From Eledone cirrhosa (taxonomy: Eukaryota), in NCBI GenBank assembly GCA_964016885.1, contig OZ024764.1, forward strand, positions 19,096,001-19,160,000: a stretch of 64,000 bases of DNA. Reading direction: 5' to 3'. The first letter of the stretch is position 1. Each line of letters starts with the position of its first letter. This document shows, one piece after another, positions 15,001 to 28,872 of this stretch. The notes below the pieces were generated by a model, which saw only the letters and a program-made list of their open reading frames with translations, did not search any database and was not told the origin of the DNA. Position numbers and translations under genes: made by a program.

Positions 15001-18000
15001 CTATAAAGTGGTCAGGTAGGTGTCACAACAAAAAGTACCCAGTCCACACTGTAAAGTGGTCATGTAGGTGTCACAACAAAAAGTACCCAGTCCACACTGT
15101 AAAGTGGTCATGTAGGTGTCATAACAAAAAGTACCCAGTCCACACTGTAAAGTGGTCAGGTAGGTGTCACAACAAAAAGTACCCAGTCCACACTGTAAAG
15201 TGGTCATGTAGGTGTCACAACAAAAAGTACCCAGTCCACACTGTAAAGTGGTCATGTATGTGTCACAACAAAAAGTACCCAGTCCACACTGTAAAGTGGT
15301 CATGTAGGTGTCACAACAAAAAGTACCCAGTCCACACTGTAAAGTGGTCATGTAGGTGTCATAACAAAAAGTACCCAGTCCACACTGTAGAGTGGTAAGG
15401 TAGATGTCATGACAAAAAGTACCCAGTCCACACTGTAAAGTGGTCATGTAGGTGTCACAACAAAAAGTACCCAGTCCACACTGTAAAGTGGTCATGTAGG
15501 TGTCATAACAAAAAGTACCCAGTCCACACTGTAAAGTGGTCAGGTAGGTGTCACAATAAAAAGTACCCAGTCCACACTGTAAAGTGGTCATGTAGGTGTC
15601 ACAACAAAAAGTACCCAGTCCACACTGTAAAGTAGTCATGTAGGTGTCATAACAAAAAGTACCCAGTCCACACTGTAAAGTGGTCAGGTAGGTGTCACAA
15701 CAAAAAGTACCCAGTCCACACTGTAAAGTGGTCATGTAGGTGTCACAACAAAAAGTACCAAGTCCACACTGTAGAGTGGTCAGGTAGGTATCATGACAAA
15801 CAGTACCCAGTCCACACTGTAAAGTGGTCATGTAGGTATCATGACAAAAAGTACCCAGTCCACACTGTAAAGTGGTAATGTAGGTGTCACAAAAAAAAAC
15901 AACACCCAGTCCACACTGTAAAGTGGTCATGTAGGTGTCACGACAAAAAGTACCCAGTCCACCTCTGTAAAGTGGTCATGTAGGTGTCACAACAAAATAT
16001 ACCCAGTCCACACTGTAAAGTGGTCATGTAGGTGTCACAACAAAAAGTACCCAGTCCACACTGTAAAGTGGTCATGTAGGTGTCACAACAAAAAGTACCC
16101 AGTCCACACTGTAAAGTGGTCATGTAGGTGTCACAACAAAAAGTACCCAGTCCACACTGTAAAGTGGTCATGTAGGTGTCACAACAAAAAGTACCCAGTC
16201 CACACTGTAAAGTGGTCATGTAGGTGTCACAACAAAAAGTACCCAGTCCACCCTGTAAAGTGGTCATATATGTGTCACAACAAAAATTACCCAGTCCACC
16301 CTGTAAAGTGGTCATGTATGTGTCACAACAAAAAGTACCCAGTCCACACTGTAAAGTGGTCATGTATGTGTCACAACAAAAAGTACCCAGTCCACACTGT
16401 AAAGTGGTCATGTAGGTGTCACAACAAAAGTACCCAGTCCACACTGTAAAGTGGTCATGTAGGTGTCATAACAAAAAGTACCCAGTCCACACTGTAGAGT
16501 GGTCAGGTAGGTATCATGACAAAAAGTACCCAGTCCACACTGTAAAGTGGTCATGTAGGTGTCATAACAAAAAGTACCCAGTCCACACTGTAAAGTGGTC
16601 AGGTAGGTGTCACAACAAAAAGTACCCAGTCCACACTGTAAAGTGGTCATGTAGGTGTCACAACAAAAAGTACCCAGTCCACACTGTAAAGTGGTCATGT
16701 AGGTGTCATAACAAAAAGTACCCAGTCCACACTGTAAAGTGGGCAGGTAGGTGTCACAACAAAAAGTACCCAGTCCACACTGTAAAGTGGTCATGTAGGT
16801 GTCACAACAAAAAGTACCCAGTCCACACTGTAAAGTGGTCATGTATGTGTCACAACAAAAAGTACCCAGTCCACACTGTAAAGTGGTCATGTAGGTGTCA
16901 CAACAAAAAGTACCCAGTCCACACTGTAAAGTAGTCATGTAGGTGTCATAACAAAAAGTACCCAGTCCACACTGTAAAGTGGTCAGGTAGGTGTCACAAC
17001 AAAAAGTACCCAGTCCACACTGTAAAGTGGTCATGTAGGTGTCACAACAAAAAGCACCCAGTCCACACTGTAAAGTGGTCATGTAGGTGTCATAACAAAA
17101 AGTACCCAGTCCACACTGTAAAGTGGTCAGGTAGGTGTCACAACAAAAAGTACCCAGTCCACACTGTAAAGTGGTCATGTAGGTGTCATAACAGAAAGTA
17201 CCCAGTCCACACTGTAAAGTGGTCAGGTAGGTGGCACAACAAAAAGTACCCAGTCCACACTGTAAAGTGGTCATGTAGGTGTCACAACAAAAAGTACCAA
17301 GTCCACACTGTAGAGTGGTCAGGTAGGTATCATGACAAAAAGTACCCAGTCCACACTGTAAAGTGGTCATGTAGGTATCATGACAAAAAGTACCCAGTCC
17401 ACACTGTAAAGTGGTAATGTAGGTGTCACAAAAAAAACAACACCCAGTCCACACTGTAAAGTGGTCATGTAGGTGTCACAACAAAAAGTACCCAGTCCAC
17501 CTCTGTAAAGTGGTCATGTAGGTGTCACAACAAAAAGTACCCAGTCCACACTGTAAAGTGGTCATGTAGGTGTCATAACAAAAAGTACCCAGTCCACACT
17601 GTAAAGTGGTCAGGTAGGTGTCACAACAAAAAGTACCCAGTCCACACTGTAAAGTGGTCATGTAGGTGTCACAACAAAAAGCACCCAGTCCACACTGTAA
17701 AGTGGTCATGTAGGTGTCATAACAAAAAGTACCCAGTCCACACTGTAAAGTGGTCAGGTAGGTGTCACAACAAAAAGTACCCAGTCCACACTGTAAAGTG
17801 GTCATGTAGGTGCCACAACAAAAAGTACCCAGTCCACACTGTAAAGTGGTCATGTATGTGTCACAATAAAAAGTACCCAGTCCACACTGTAAAGTGGTCA
17901 GGTAGGTGTCACAACAAAAAGTACCCAGTCCACACTGTAAAGTGGTCATGTAGGTGTCACAACAAAAAGTACCCAGTCCACACTGTAAAGTGGTCATGTA

Positions 18001-21000
18001 GGTGTCATAACAAAAAGTACCCAGTCCACACTGTAAAGTGGTCAGGTAGGTGGCACAACAAAAAGTACCCAGTCCACACTGTAAAGTGGTCATGTAGGTA
18101 TCACAACAAAAAGTACCAAGTCCACACTGTAGAGTGGTCAGGTAGGTATCATGACAAAAAGTACCCAGTCCACACTGTAAAGTGGTCATGTAGGTATCAT
18201 GACAAAAAGTACCCAGTCCACACTGTAAAGTGGTAATGTAGGTGTCACAAAAAAAAACAACACCCAGTCCACACTGTAAAGTGGTCATGTAGGTGTCACG
18301 ACAAAGAGTACCCAGTCCACCTCTGTAAAGTGGTCATGTAGGTGTCACAACAAAAAGTACCCAGTCCACACTGTAAAGTGGTCATGTAGGTGTCACAACA
18401 AAAAGTACCCAGTCCACACTGTAATGTGGTCATGTAGGTGTCACAACAAAAAGTACTCAGTCCACACTGTAAAGTGGTCATGTAGGTGTCACAACAAAAA
18501 GTACCCAGTCCACACTGTAAAGTGGTCATGTAGGTGTCACAACAAAAAGTACCCAGTCCACCCTGTAAAGTGGTCATATATGTGTCACAACAAAAATTAC
18601 CCAGTCCACCCTGTAAAGTGGTCATGTATGTGTCACAACAAAAAGTACCCAGTCCACACTGTAAAGTGGTCATGTATGTGTCACAACAAAAAGTACCCAG
18701 TCCACACTGTAAAGTGGTCATGTAGGTGTCACAACAAAAAGTACCCAGTCCACACTGTAAAGTGGTCATGTAGGTGTCATAACAAAAAGTACCCAGTCCA
18801 CACTGTAGAGTGGTCAGGTAGGTATCATGACAAAAAGTACCCAGTCCACACTGTAAAGTGGTCATGTAGGTGTCATAACAAAAAGTACCCAGTCCACACT
18901 GTAAAGTGGTCAGGTAGGTGTCACAACAAAAAGTACCCAGTCCACACTGTAAAGTGGTCATGTAGGTGTCACAACAAAAAGTACCCAGTCCACACTGTAA
19001 AGTGGTCATGTAGGTGTCATAACAAAAAGTACCCAGTCCACACTGTAAAGTGGGCAGGTAGGTGTCACAACAAAAAGTACCCAGTCCACACTGTAAAGTG
19101 GTCATGTAGGTGTCACAACAAAAAGTACCCAGTCCACACTGTAAAGTGGTCATGTATGTGTCACAACAAAAAGTACCCAGTCCACACTGTAAAGTGGTCA
19201 GGTAGGTGTCACAACAAAAAGTACCCAGTCCACACTGTAAAGTGGTCATGTAGGTGTCATAACAAAAAGTACCCAGTCCACACTGTAAAGTGGTCAGGTA
19301 GGTGGCACAACAAAAAGTACCCAGTCCACACTGTAAAGTGGTCATGTAGGTATCATGACAAAAAGTACCCAGTCCACACTGTAAAGTGGTAATGTAGGTG
19401 TCACAAAAAAAAACAACACCCAGTCCACACTGTAAAGTGGTCATGTAGGTGTCACAACAAAAAGTACCCAGTCCACCTCTGTAAAGTGGTCATGTAGGTG
19501 TCACAACAAAAAGTACCCAGTCCACACTGTAAAGTGGTCATGTAGGTGTCATAACAAAAAGTACCCAGTCCACACTGTAGAGTGGTCAGGTAGGTATCAT
19601 GACAAAAAGTACCCAGTCCACACTGTAAAGTGGTCATGTAGGTGTCATAACAAAAAGTACCCAGTCCACACTGTAAAGTAGTCATGTAGGTGTCATAACA
19701 AAAAGTACCCAGTCCACACTGTAAAGTGGTCAGGTAGGTGTCACAACAAAAAGTACCCAGTCCACACTGTAAAGTGGTCATGTAGGTGTCACAACAAAAA
19801 GCACCCAGTCCACACTGTAAAGTGGTCATGTAGGTGTCATAACAAAAAGTACCCAGTCCACACTGTAAAGTGGTCAGGTAGGTGTCACAACAAAAAGTAC
19901 CCAGTCCACACTGTAAAGTGGTCATGTAGGTGCCACAACAAAAAGTACCCAGTCCACACTGTAAAGTGGTCATGTATGTGTCACAATAAAAAGTACCCAG
20001 TCCACACTGTAAAGTGGTCATGTAGGTGTCACAACAAAAAGTACCCAGTCCACACTGTAAAGTGGTCATGTAGGTGTCATAACAAAAAGTACCCAGTCCA
20101 CACTGTAGAGTGGTCAGGTAGGTATCATGACAAAAAGTACCCAGTCCACACTGTAAAGTGGTAATGTAGGTGTCACAAAAAAAAACAACACCCAGTCCAC
20201 ACTGTAAAGTGGTCATGTAGGTGTCACGACAAAAAGTACCCAGTCCACACTGTAAAGTGGTCATGTAGGTGTCACAACGAAAAGTACCCAGTCCACACTG
20301 TAAAGTGGTCATGTAGGTGTCATAACAAAACGTACCCAGTCCACACTGTAAAGTGGTCAGGTAGGTGTCACAACAAAAAGTACCCAGTCCACCTCTGTAA
20401 AGTGGTCATGTAGGTGTCACAACAAAAAGTACCCAGTCCACACTGTAAAGTGGTCATGTAGGTGTCACAACGAAAAGTACCCAGTCCACACTGTAAAGTG
20501 GTCATGTAGGTGTCATAACAAAACGTACCCAGTCCACACTGTAAAGTGGTCATGTAGGTGTCATAACAAAACGTACCCAGTCCACACTGTAAAGTGGTCA
20601 GGTAGGTGTCACAACAAAAAGTACCCAGTCCACACTGTAAAGTGGTCATGTAGGTGTCATAACAAAAAGTACCCAGTCCACACTATAAAGTGGTCATGTA
20701 GGTGTCACAACAAAAAGTACCCAGTCCACACTGTAAAGTGGTCATGTAGGTGTCATAACAAAAAGTACCCAGTCCACACTGTAAAGTGGTCATGTAGGTG
20801 TCATAACAAAAAGTACCCAGTCCACACTGTAAAGTGGTCATGTAGGTGTCATAACAAAAAGTACCCAGTCCACACTGTAAAGTGGTCATGTAGGTGGCAC
20901 AACAAAAAGTACCCAGTCCACACTGTAAAGTGGTCATGTAGGTATCACAACAAAAAGTACCAAGTCCACACTGTAGAGAGGTCAGGTAGGTATCATGACA

Positions 21001-24000
21001 AAAAGTACCCAGTCCACACTGTAAAGTGGTCATGTAGGTATCATGACAAAAAGTACCCAGTCCACACTGTAAAGTGGTCATGTAGGTGTCACAAAAAAAA
21101 ACAACACCCAGTCCACACTGTAAAGTGGTCATGTAGGTGTCACGACAAAGAGTACCCAGTCCACCTCTGTAAAGTGGTCATGTAGGTGTCACAACAAAAA
21201 GTACCCAGTCCACACTGTAAAGTGGTCATGTAGGTGTCACAACAAAAAGTACCCAGTCCACACTGTAATGTGGTCATGTAGGTGTCACAACAAAAAGTAC
21301 TCAGTCCACACTGTAAAGTGGTCATGTAGGTGTCACAACAAAAAGTACCCAGTCCACCCTGTAAAGTGGTCATGTAGGTGTCACAACAAAAAGTACCCAA
21401 TCCACACTGTAATGTGGTCATACAGGTTTCACAACAAAAAGTACCCAGTCCACACTGTAATGTGGTCATATAGGTGTCACAACAAAAAGTACCCAGTCCA
21501 CACTGTAAAGTGGTCATGTAGGTGTCACAACAAAAAGTACCCAGTCCACACTGTAAAGTGGACATGTAGGTGTCATGACAAAAAGTACCCAGTCCACACT
21601 GTAAAGTGGTCATGTAGGTGTCACAACAAAAAGTACCCAGTCCACACTGTAAAGTGGTCATGTAGGTGTCACAACAAAAAGTACCCAGTCCACACTGTAA
21701 AGTGGTCATGTAGGTGTCACAACAAAAAGTACCCAGGCCACCCTGTAAAGTGGTCATGTAGGTGTCACAACAAAATATACCCAGTCCACACTGTAAAGTG
21801 GTCATGTAGGTGTCACAACAAAAAGTACCCAGTCCACACTGTAAAGTGGTCATGTAGGTGTCACAACAAAAAGTACCCAGTCCACCCTGTAAAGTGGTCA
21901 TATATGTGTCACAACAAAAGGTACCCAGTCCACCCTGTAAAGTGGTCATGTATGTGTCACAACAAAAAGTACCCAGTCCACACTGTAAAGTGGTCATGTA
22001 TGTGTCACAACAAAAAGTACCCAGTCCACACTGTAAAGTGGTCATGTACGTGTCACAACAAAAAGTACCCAGTCCACACTGTAAAGTGGTCATGTAGGTG
22101 TCACAACAAAAAGTACCCAGTCTACACTGTAAAGTGGTCATGTAGGTGTCACAACAAAAAGTACCCAGTCCACACTATAAAGTGGTCATGTAGGTGTCAC
22201 AACAAAAAGTACCCAGTCCACACTGTAAAGTGGTCATGTAGGTGTCACAACAAAAAGTACCCAGTCCACACTGTAAAGTGGTCATGTAGGTGTCACAACA
22301 AAAAGTAACCAGTCCACCCTGTAAAGTGGTCATATATGTGCCACAACAAAAAGTACCCAGTCCACCCTGTAAAGTGGTCATGTATGTGTCACAACAAAAA
22401 GTACCCAGTCCACACTGTAAAGTGGTCATGTAGGTGTCATAACAAAAAGTACCCAGTCCACACTGTAGAGTGGTCAGGTAGGTATCATGACAAAAAGTAC
22501 CCAGTCCACACTGTAAAGTGGTCATGTAGGTGTCACAACAAAAAGTACCCAGTCCAGACTGTAAAGTGGTCATGTAGGTGTCATAACAAAAAGTACCCAG
22601 TCCACACTGTAAAGTGGTCAGGTAGGTGTCACAACAAAAAGTACCCAGTCCACACTGTAAAGTGGTCATGTAGGTGTCACAACAAAAAGTACCCAGTCCA
22701 CACTGTAAAGTGGTCATGTAGGTGTCATAACAAAAAGTACCCAGTCCACACTGTAAAGTGGTCAGTTAGGTGTCACAACAAAAAGTACCCAGTCCACACT
22801 GTAAAGTGGTCATGTAGGTGTCACAACAAAAAGTACCCAGTCCACACTGTAAAGTGGTCAGGTAGGTGGCACAACAAAAAGTACCCAGTCCACACTGTAA
22901 AGTGGTCATGTAGGTATCACAACAAAAAGTACCAAGTCCACACTGTAGAGTGGTCAGGTAGGTATCATGACAAAAAGTACCCAGTCCACACTGTAAAGTG
23001 GTCATGTAGGTATCATGACAAAAAGTACCCAGTCCACACTGTAAAGTGGTAATGTAGGTGTCACAAAAAAAAACAACACCCAGTCCACACTGTAAAGTGG
23101 TCATGTAGGTGTCACGACAAAGAGTACCCAGTCCACCTCTGTAAAGTGGTCATGTAGGTGTCACAACAAAAAGTACCCAGTCCACACTGTAAAGTGGTCA
23201 TGTAGGTGTCACAACAAAAAGTACCCAGTCCACACTGTAATGTGGTCATGTAGGTGTCACAACAAAAAGTACTCAGTCCACACTGTAAAGTGGTCATGTA
23301 GGTGTCACAACAAAAAGTACCCAGTCCACCCTGTAAAGTGGTCATGTAGGTGTCACAACAAAAAGTACCCAATCCACACTGTAATGTGGTCATACAGGTT
23401 TCACAACAAAAAGTACCCAGTCCACACTGTAATGTGGTCATATAGGTGTCACAACAAAAAGTACCCAGTCCACACTGTAAAGTGGTCATGTAGGTGTCAC
23501 AACAAAAAGTACCCAGTCCACACTGTAAAGTGGACATGTAGGTGTCATGACAAAAAGTACCCAGTCCACACTGTAAAGTGGTCATGTAGGTGTCACAACA
23601 AAAAGTACCCAGTCCACACTGTAAAGTGGTCATGTAGGTGTCACAACAAAAAGTACCCAGTCCACACTGTAAAGTGGTCATGTAGGTGTCACAACAAAAA
23701 GTACCCAGGCCACCCTGTAAAGTGGTCATGTAGGTGTCACAACAAAATATACCCAGTCCACACTGTAAAGTGATCATGTAGGTGTCACAACAAAAAGTAC
23801 CCAGTCCACACTGTAAAGTGGTCATGTAGGTGTCACAACAAAAAGTACCCAGTCCACACTGTAAAGTGGTCATGTAGGTGTCACAACAAACAGTACCCAG
23901 TCCACCCTGTAAAGTGGTCATATATGTGTCACAACAAAAGGTACCCAGTCCACCCTGTAAAGTGGTCATGTATGTGTCACAACAAAAAGTACCCAGTCCA

Positions 24001-27000
24001 CACTGTAAAGTGGTCATGTATGTGTCACAACAAAAAGTACCCAGTCCACACTGTAAAGTGGTCATGTAGGTGTCACAACAAAAAGTACCCAGTCTACACT
24101 GTAAAGTGGTCATGTAGGTGTCACAACAAAAAGTACCCAGTCCACACTATAAAGTGGTCATGTAGGTGTCACAACAAAAAGTACCCAGTCCACACTGTAA
24201 AGTGGTCATGTAGGTGTCACAACAAAAAGTACCCAGTCCACACTGTAAAGTGGTCATGTAGGTGTCACAACAAAAAGTACCCAGTCCACCCTGTAAAGTG
24301 GTCATATATGTGCCACAACAAAAAGTACCCAGTCCACCCTGTAAAGTGGTCATGTATGTGTCACAACAAAAAGTACCCAGTCCACACTGTAAAGTGGTCA
24401 TGTAGGTGTCATAACAAAAAGTACCCAGTCCACACTGTAGAGTGGTCAGGTAGGTATCATGACAAAAAGTACCCAGTCCACACTGTAAAGTGGTCATGTA
24501 GGTGTCACAACAAAAAGTACCCAGTCCACACTGTAAAGTGGTCATGTAGGTGTCATAACAAAAAGTACCCAGTCCACACTGTAAAGTGGTCAGTTAGGTG
24601 TCACAACAAAAAGTACCCAGTCCACACTGTAAAGTGGTCATGTAGGTGTCACAACAAAAAGTACCCAGTCCACACTGTAAAGTGGTCATGTATGTGTCGC
24701 AACAAAAAGTACCCAGTCCACACTGTAAAGTGGTCATGTAGGTGTCACAACTAAAAGTACCCAGTCCACACTGTAAAGTGGTCATGTAGGTGTCATAACA
24801 AAAAGTACCCAGTCCACACTGTAAAGTGGTCATGTAGGTGTCACAACAAAAAGTACCCAGTCCACACTGTAAAGTGGTCATGTAGATGTCATAACAAAAA
24901 GTACCCAGTCCACACTGTAGAGTGGTAAGGTAGGTATCATGACAAAAAGTACCCAGTCCACACTGTAAAGTGGTCATGTAGGTGTCACAACAAAAAGTAC
25001 CCAGTCCACACTGTAAAGTGGTCATGTAGGTGTCATAACAAAAAGCACCCAGTCCACACTGTAAAGTGGTCATGTAGGTGTCACAACAAAAAGTACCCAG
25101 GCCACACTGTAAAGTGGTCATGTAGGTGTCACAACAAAAAGTACCCAGTCCACACTGTAAAGTGGTCATGTAGGTGTCATAACAAAAAGTACCCGGTCCA
25201 CACTGTAAAGTGGTCATGTAGGTGTCACAACAAAAAGTACCCAGTCCACACTGTAAAGTGGTCAGGTAGGTGTCACAACAAAAAGTACCCAGTCCACACT
25301 GTAAAGTGGTCATGTAGGTGTCACAACAAAAAGTACCCAGTCCACACTGTAAAGTGGTCATGTAGGTGTCATAACAAAAAGCACCCAGTCCACACTGTAA
25401 AGTGGTCAGGTAGGTGTCACAACAAAAAGTACCCAGTCCACACTGTAAAGTGGTCATGTAGGTGTCACAACAAAAAGTACCCAGTCCACACTGTAAAGTG
25501 GTCAGGTAGGTGTCACAACAAAAAGTACCCAGTCCACACTGTAAAGTGGTCATGTAGGTGTCACAACAAAAAGTACCAAGTCCACACTGTAGAGTGGTCA
25601 GGTAGGTATCATGACAAAAAGTACCCAGTCCACACTGTAAAGTGGTCATGTAGGTGTCACAACAAAAAGTACCAAGTCCACACTGTAGAGTGGTCAGGTA
25701 GGTATCATGACAAAAAGTACCCAGTCCACACTGTAAAGTGGTCATGTAGGTGTCACAACAAAAAGTACCCAGTCCACACTGTAAAGTGGTCATGTAGGTG
25801 TCACAACAAAAAGTACCAAGTCCACACTGTAAAGTGGTCATGTAGGTATCATGACAAAAAGTACCCAGTCCACACTGTAAAGTGGTAATGTAGGTGTCAC
25901 AAAAAAAAAACAACACCCAGTCCACACTGTAAAGTGGTCATGTAGGTGTCACGACAAAAAGTACCCAGTCCACCTCTGTAAAGTGGTCATGTAGGTGTCA
26001 CAACAAAATATACCTAGTCCACACTGTAAAGTGGTCAGGTAGGTGTCACAACAAAAAGTACCCAGTCCACACTGTAAAGTGGTCATGTAGGTGTCACAAC
26101 AAAAAGTACCCAATCCACACTGTAAAGAGGTCATGTAGGTGTCACAACAAAAAGTACCCAATCCACACTGTAAAGAGGTCATGTAGGTGTCACAACAAAA
26201 AGTACCCAGTCCACACTGTAAAGTGGTCATGTAGGTGTCACAACAAAAAGTACCCAGTCCACACTGTAAAGTGGTCATGTAGGTGTCACAACAAAAAGTA
26301 CCCAGTCCACACTGTAAAGTGGTCAGGTAGGTGTCATAACAAAAAGTACCCAGTCCACCCTGTAAAGTGGTCATATATGTGCCACAACAAAAAGTACCCA
26401 GTCCACCCTGTAAAGTGGTCATGTATGTGTCACAACAAAAAGTACCCAGTCCACACTGTAAAGTGGTCATGTATGTGTCACAACAAAATTACCCAGTCCA
26501 CACTGTAAAGTGGTCATGTAGGTGTCACAACAAAAAGTACCCAGTCCACACTGTAAAGTGGTCATGTAGGTGTCATAACAAAAAGTACCCAGTCCACACT
26601 GTAGAGTGGTCAGGTAGGTATCATGACAAAAAGTACCCAGTCCACACTGTAAAGTGGTCATGTAGGTGTCACAACAAAAAGTACCCAGTCCACACTGTAA
26701 AGTGGTCATGTAGGTGTCACAACAAAAAGTACCCAGTCCACACTGTAAAGTGGTCATGTAGGTGTCATAACAAAAAGTACCCAGTCCACACTGTAAAGTG
26801 GTCAGGTAGGTGTCACAACAAAAAGTACCCAGTCCACACTGTAAAGTGGTCATGTAGGTGTCACAACAAAAAGTACCTAGTCCACACTGTAAAGTGGTCA
26901 TGTAGGTGTCATAACAAAAAGTACCCAGTCCACACTGTAAAGTGGTCAGTTAGGTGTCACAACAAAAAGTACCCAGTCCACACTGTAAAGTGGTCAGGTA

Positions 27001-28329
27001 GGTGTCACAACAAAAAGTACCCAGTCCACACTGTAAAGTGGTCATGTAGGTGTCACAACAAAAAGTACCCAGTCCACACTGTAAAGTGGTTATGTATGTG
27101 TCGCAACAAAAAGTACCCAGTCCACACTGTAAAGTGGTCATGTAGGTGTCACAACAAAAAGTACCCAGTCCACACTGTAAAGTGGTTATGTATGTGTCGC
27201 AACAAAAAGTACCCAGTCCACACTGTAAAGTGGTCATGTAGGTGTCATAACAAAAAGTACCCAGTCCACACTGTAGAGTGGTCATGTAGGTGTCATAACA
27301 AAAAGTACCCAGTCCACACTGTAGAGTGGTAAGGTAGGTATCATGACAAAAAGTACCCAGTCCACACTGTAAAGTGGTCATGTAGGTGTCACAACAAAAA
27401 GTACCCAGTCCACACTGTAAAGTGGTCATGTAGGTGTCATAACAAAAAGCACCCAGTCCACACTGTAAAGTGGTCAGGTAGGTGTCACAACAAAAAGTAC
27501 CCAGTCCACACTGTAAAGTGGTCATGTAGGTGTCACAACAAAAAGTACCCAGTCCACACTGTAAAGTGGTCATGTAGGTGTCATAACAAAAAGTACCCAG
27601 TCCACACTGTAAAGTGGTCAGGTAGGTGTCACAACAAAAAGTACCCAGTCCACACTGTAAAGTGGTCATGTAGGTGTCACAACAAAAAGTACCCAGTCCA
27701 CACTGTAGAGTGGTCAGGTAGGTATCATGACAAAAAGTACCCAGTCCACACTGTAAAGTGGTCATGTAGGTGTCACAACAAAAAGTACCAAGTCCACACT
27801 GTAAAGTGGTCATGTAGGTATCATGACAAAAAGTACCCAGTCCACACTGTAAAGTGGTAATGTAGGTGTCACAAAAAAAAACAACACCCAGTCCACACTG
27901 TAAAGTGGTCATGTAGGTGTCACGACAAAAAGTACCCAGTCCACCTCTGTAAAGTGGTCATGTAGGTGTCACAACAAAATATACCTAGTCCACACTGTAA
28001 AGTGGTCATGTAGGTGTCACAACAAAAAGTACCCAGTCCACACTGTAAAGTGGTCATGTAGGTGTCACAACAAAAAGTACCCAATCCACACTGTAAAGTG
28101 GTCATGTAGGTGTCACAACAAAAAGTACCCAGTCCACACTGTAAAGTGGTCATGTAGGTGTCACAACAAAAAGTACCCAGTCCACACTGTAAAGAGGTCA
28201 TGTAGGTGTCACAACAAAAAGTACCCAGTCCACACTGTAAAGTGGTCATGTAGGTGTCACAACAAAAAGTACCCAGTCCACACTGTAAAGTGGTCATGTA
28301 GGTGTCACAACAAAAAGTACCCAGTCCAC
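1..28329. repeat. 48-bp tandem satellite, about 590 monomers, open at the window start; consensus cccagtccacactgtaaagtggtcatgtaggtgtcacaacaaaaagta
   Basis: Uninterrupted, directly visible 48-bp period with recurrent variants (gtcataac, tcaggtagg, ggtatcatgac, a longer acaaaaaaaaacaacaccc unit, a cacctctgt unit). Confidence 0.99.
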
Positions 28330-28355
28330 TGGGTACTTTTTGTTGTGACACCTAC
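28298..28355. repeat. Perfect 28-bp inverted repeat (fold-back) terminating the satellite
   Basis: gtaggtgtcacaacaaaaagtacccagt-cc-actgggtactttttgttgtgacacctac; the arms are exact reverse complements. Confidence 0.97.
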
Positions 28356-28462
28356 TTTTTGTGCTGAGGTGGCTAGCTGCTGGTGTGAGCCTCACGAGAT
28401 GGAATGGCTCTTCCAGCACATCTAGAAAAACATGACCCTCCAATATCTAGTATTTAGTAACA

Positions 28463-28616
28463 AACTAGACCACCCGGGACCTGTTGGGTCACGTACCCTT
28501 AAAACTATTTTTTAAAAGTCATTTAAAAATAATTTTTAAATAGTTAAAATATAGACATATATATATACACATACGTATATATATATATATATACATTCGT
28601 ATATATATATACATTC

Positions 28617-28665
<49 letters not shown>

Positions 28666-28856
28666 TATTTTATTAAACAACACCAGCAGCTCCCTCTCTC
28701 TCACAACCACTATCTCTTTCTCTCCCTATATTTATGAAGGTACTCAGAAAACCCCGTATCTTGGGAACCTGTGCTCCAATTTATACAAAACTTGTTTTAT
28801 TCCTTTCAAAGTATCTCCCCATTATGCACTGTTTTAGCTGTATTAAATTATGGACA
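28463..28856 (-). mobile_element. Non-autonomous Helitron-like element, 5'-truncated, with internal (TA)n
   Basis: The reverse complement matches 61321-61769; its 3' end reads gtgacccaacaggtcccgggtggtCTAGt (hairpin plus CTAG). Confidence 0.65.
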
Positions 28857-28872
28857 AGACACATTAGTAGTA

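Noticed and set aside
1-28329. CRISPR-like array
   Set aside because: Monomers are contiguous with no unique spacers, there are no cas genes, and the context is eukaryotic.
271-28351. Long Cys/His-rich ORFs (TTLQCGLGTFCCDTYM)n and (YPVHTVKWSCRCHNKK)n
   Set aside because: A 48-bp unit is a multiple of 3 with stop-free frames on both strands. Frames are broken by recurrent indels and there is no unique N- or C-terminal sequence.
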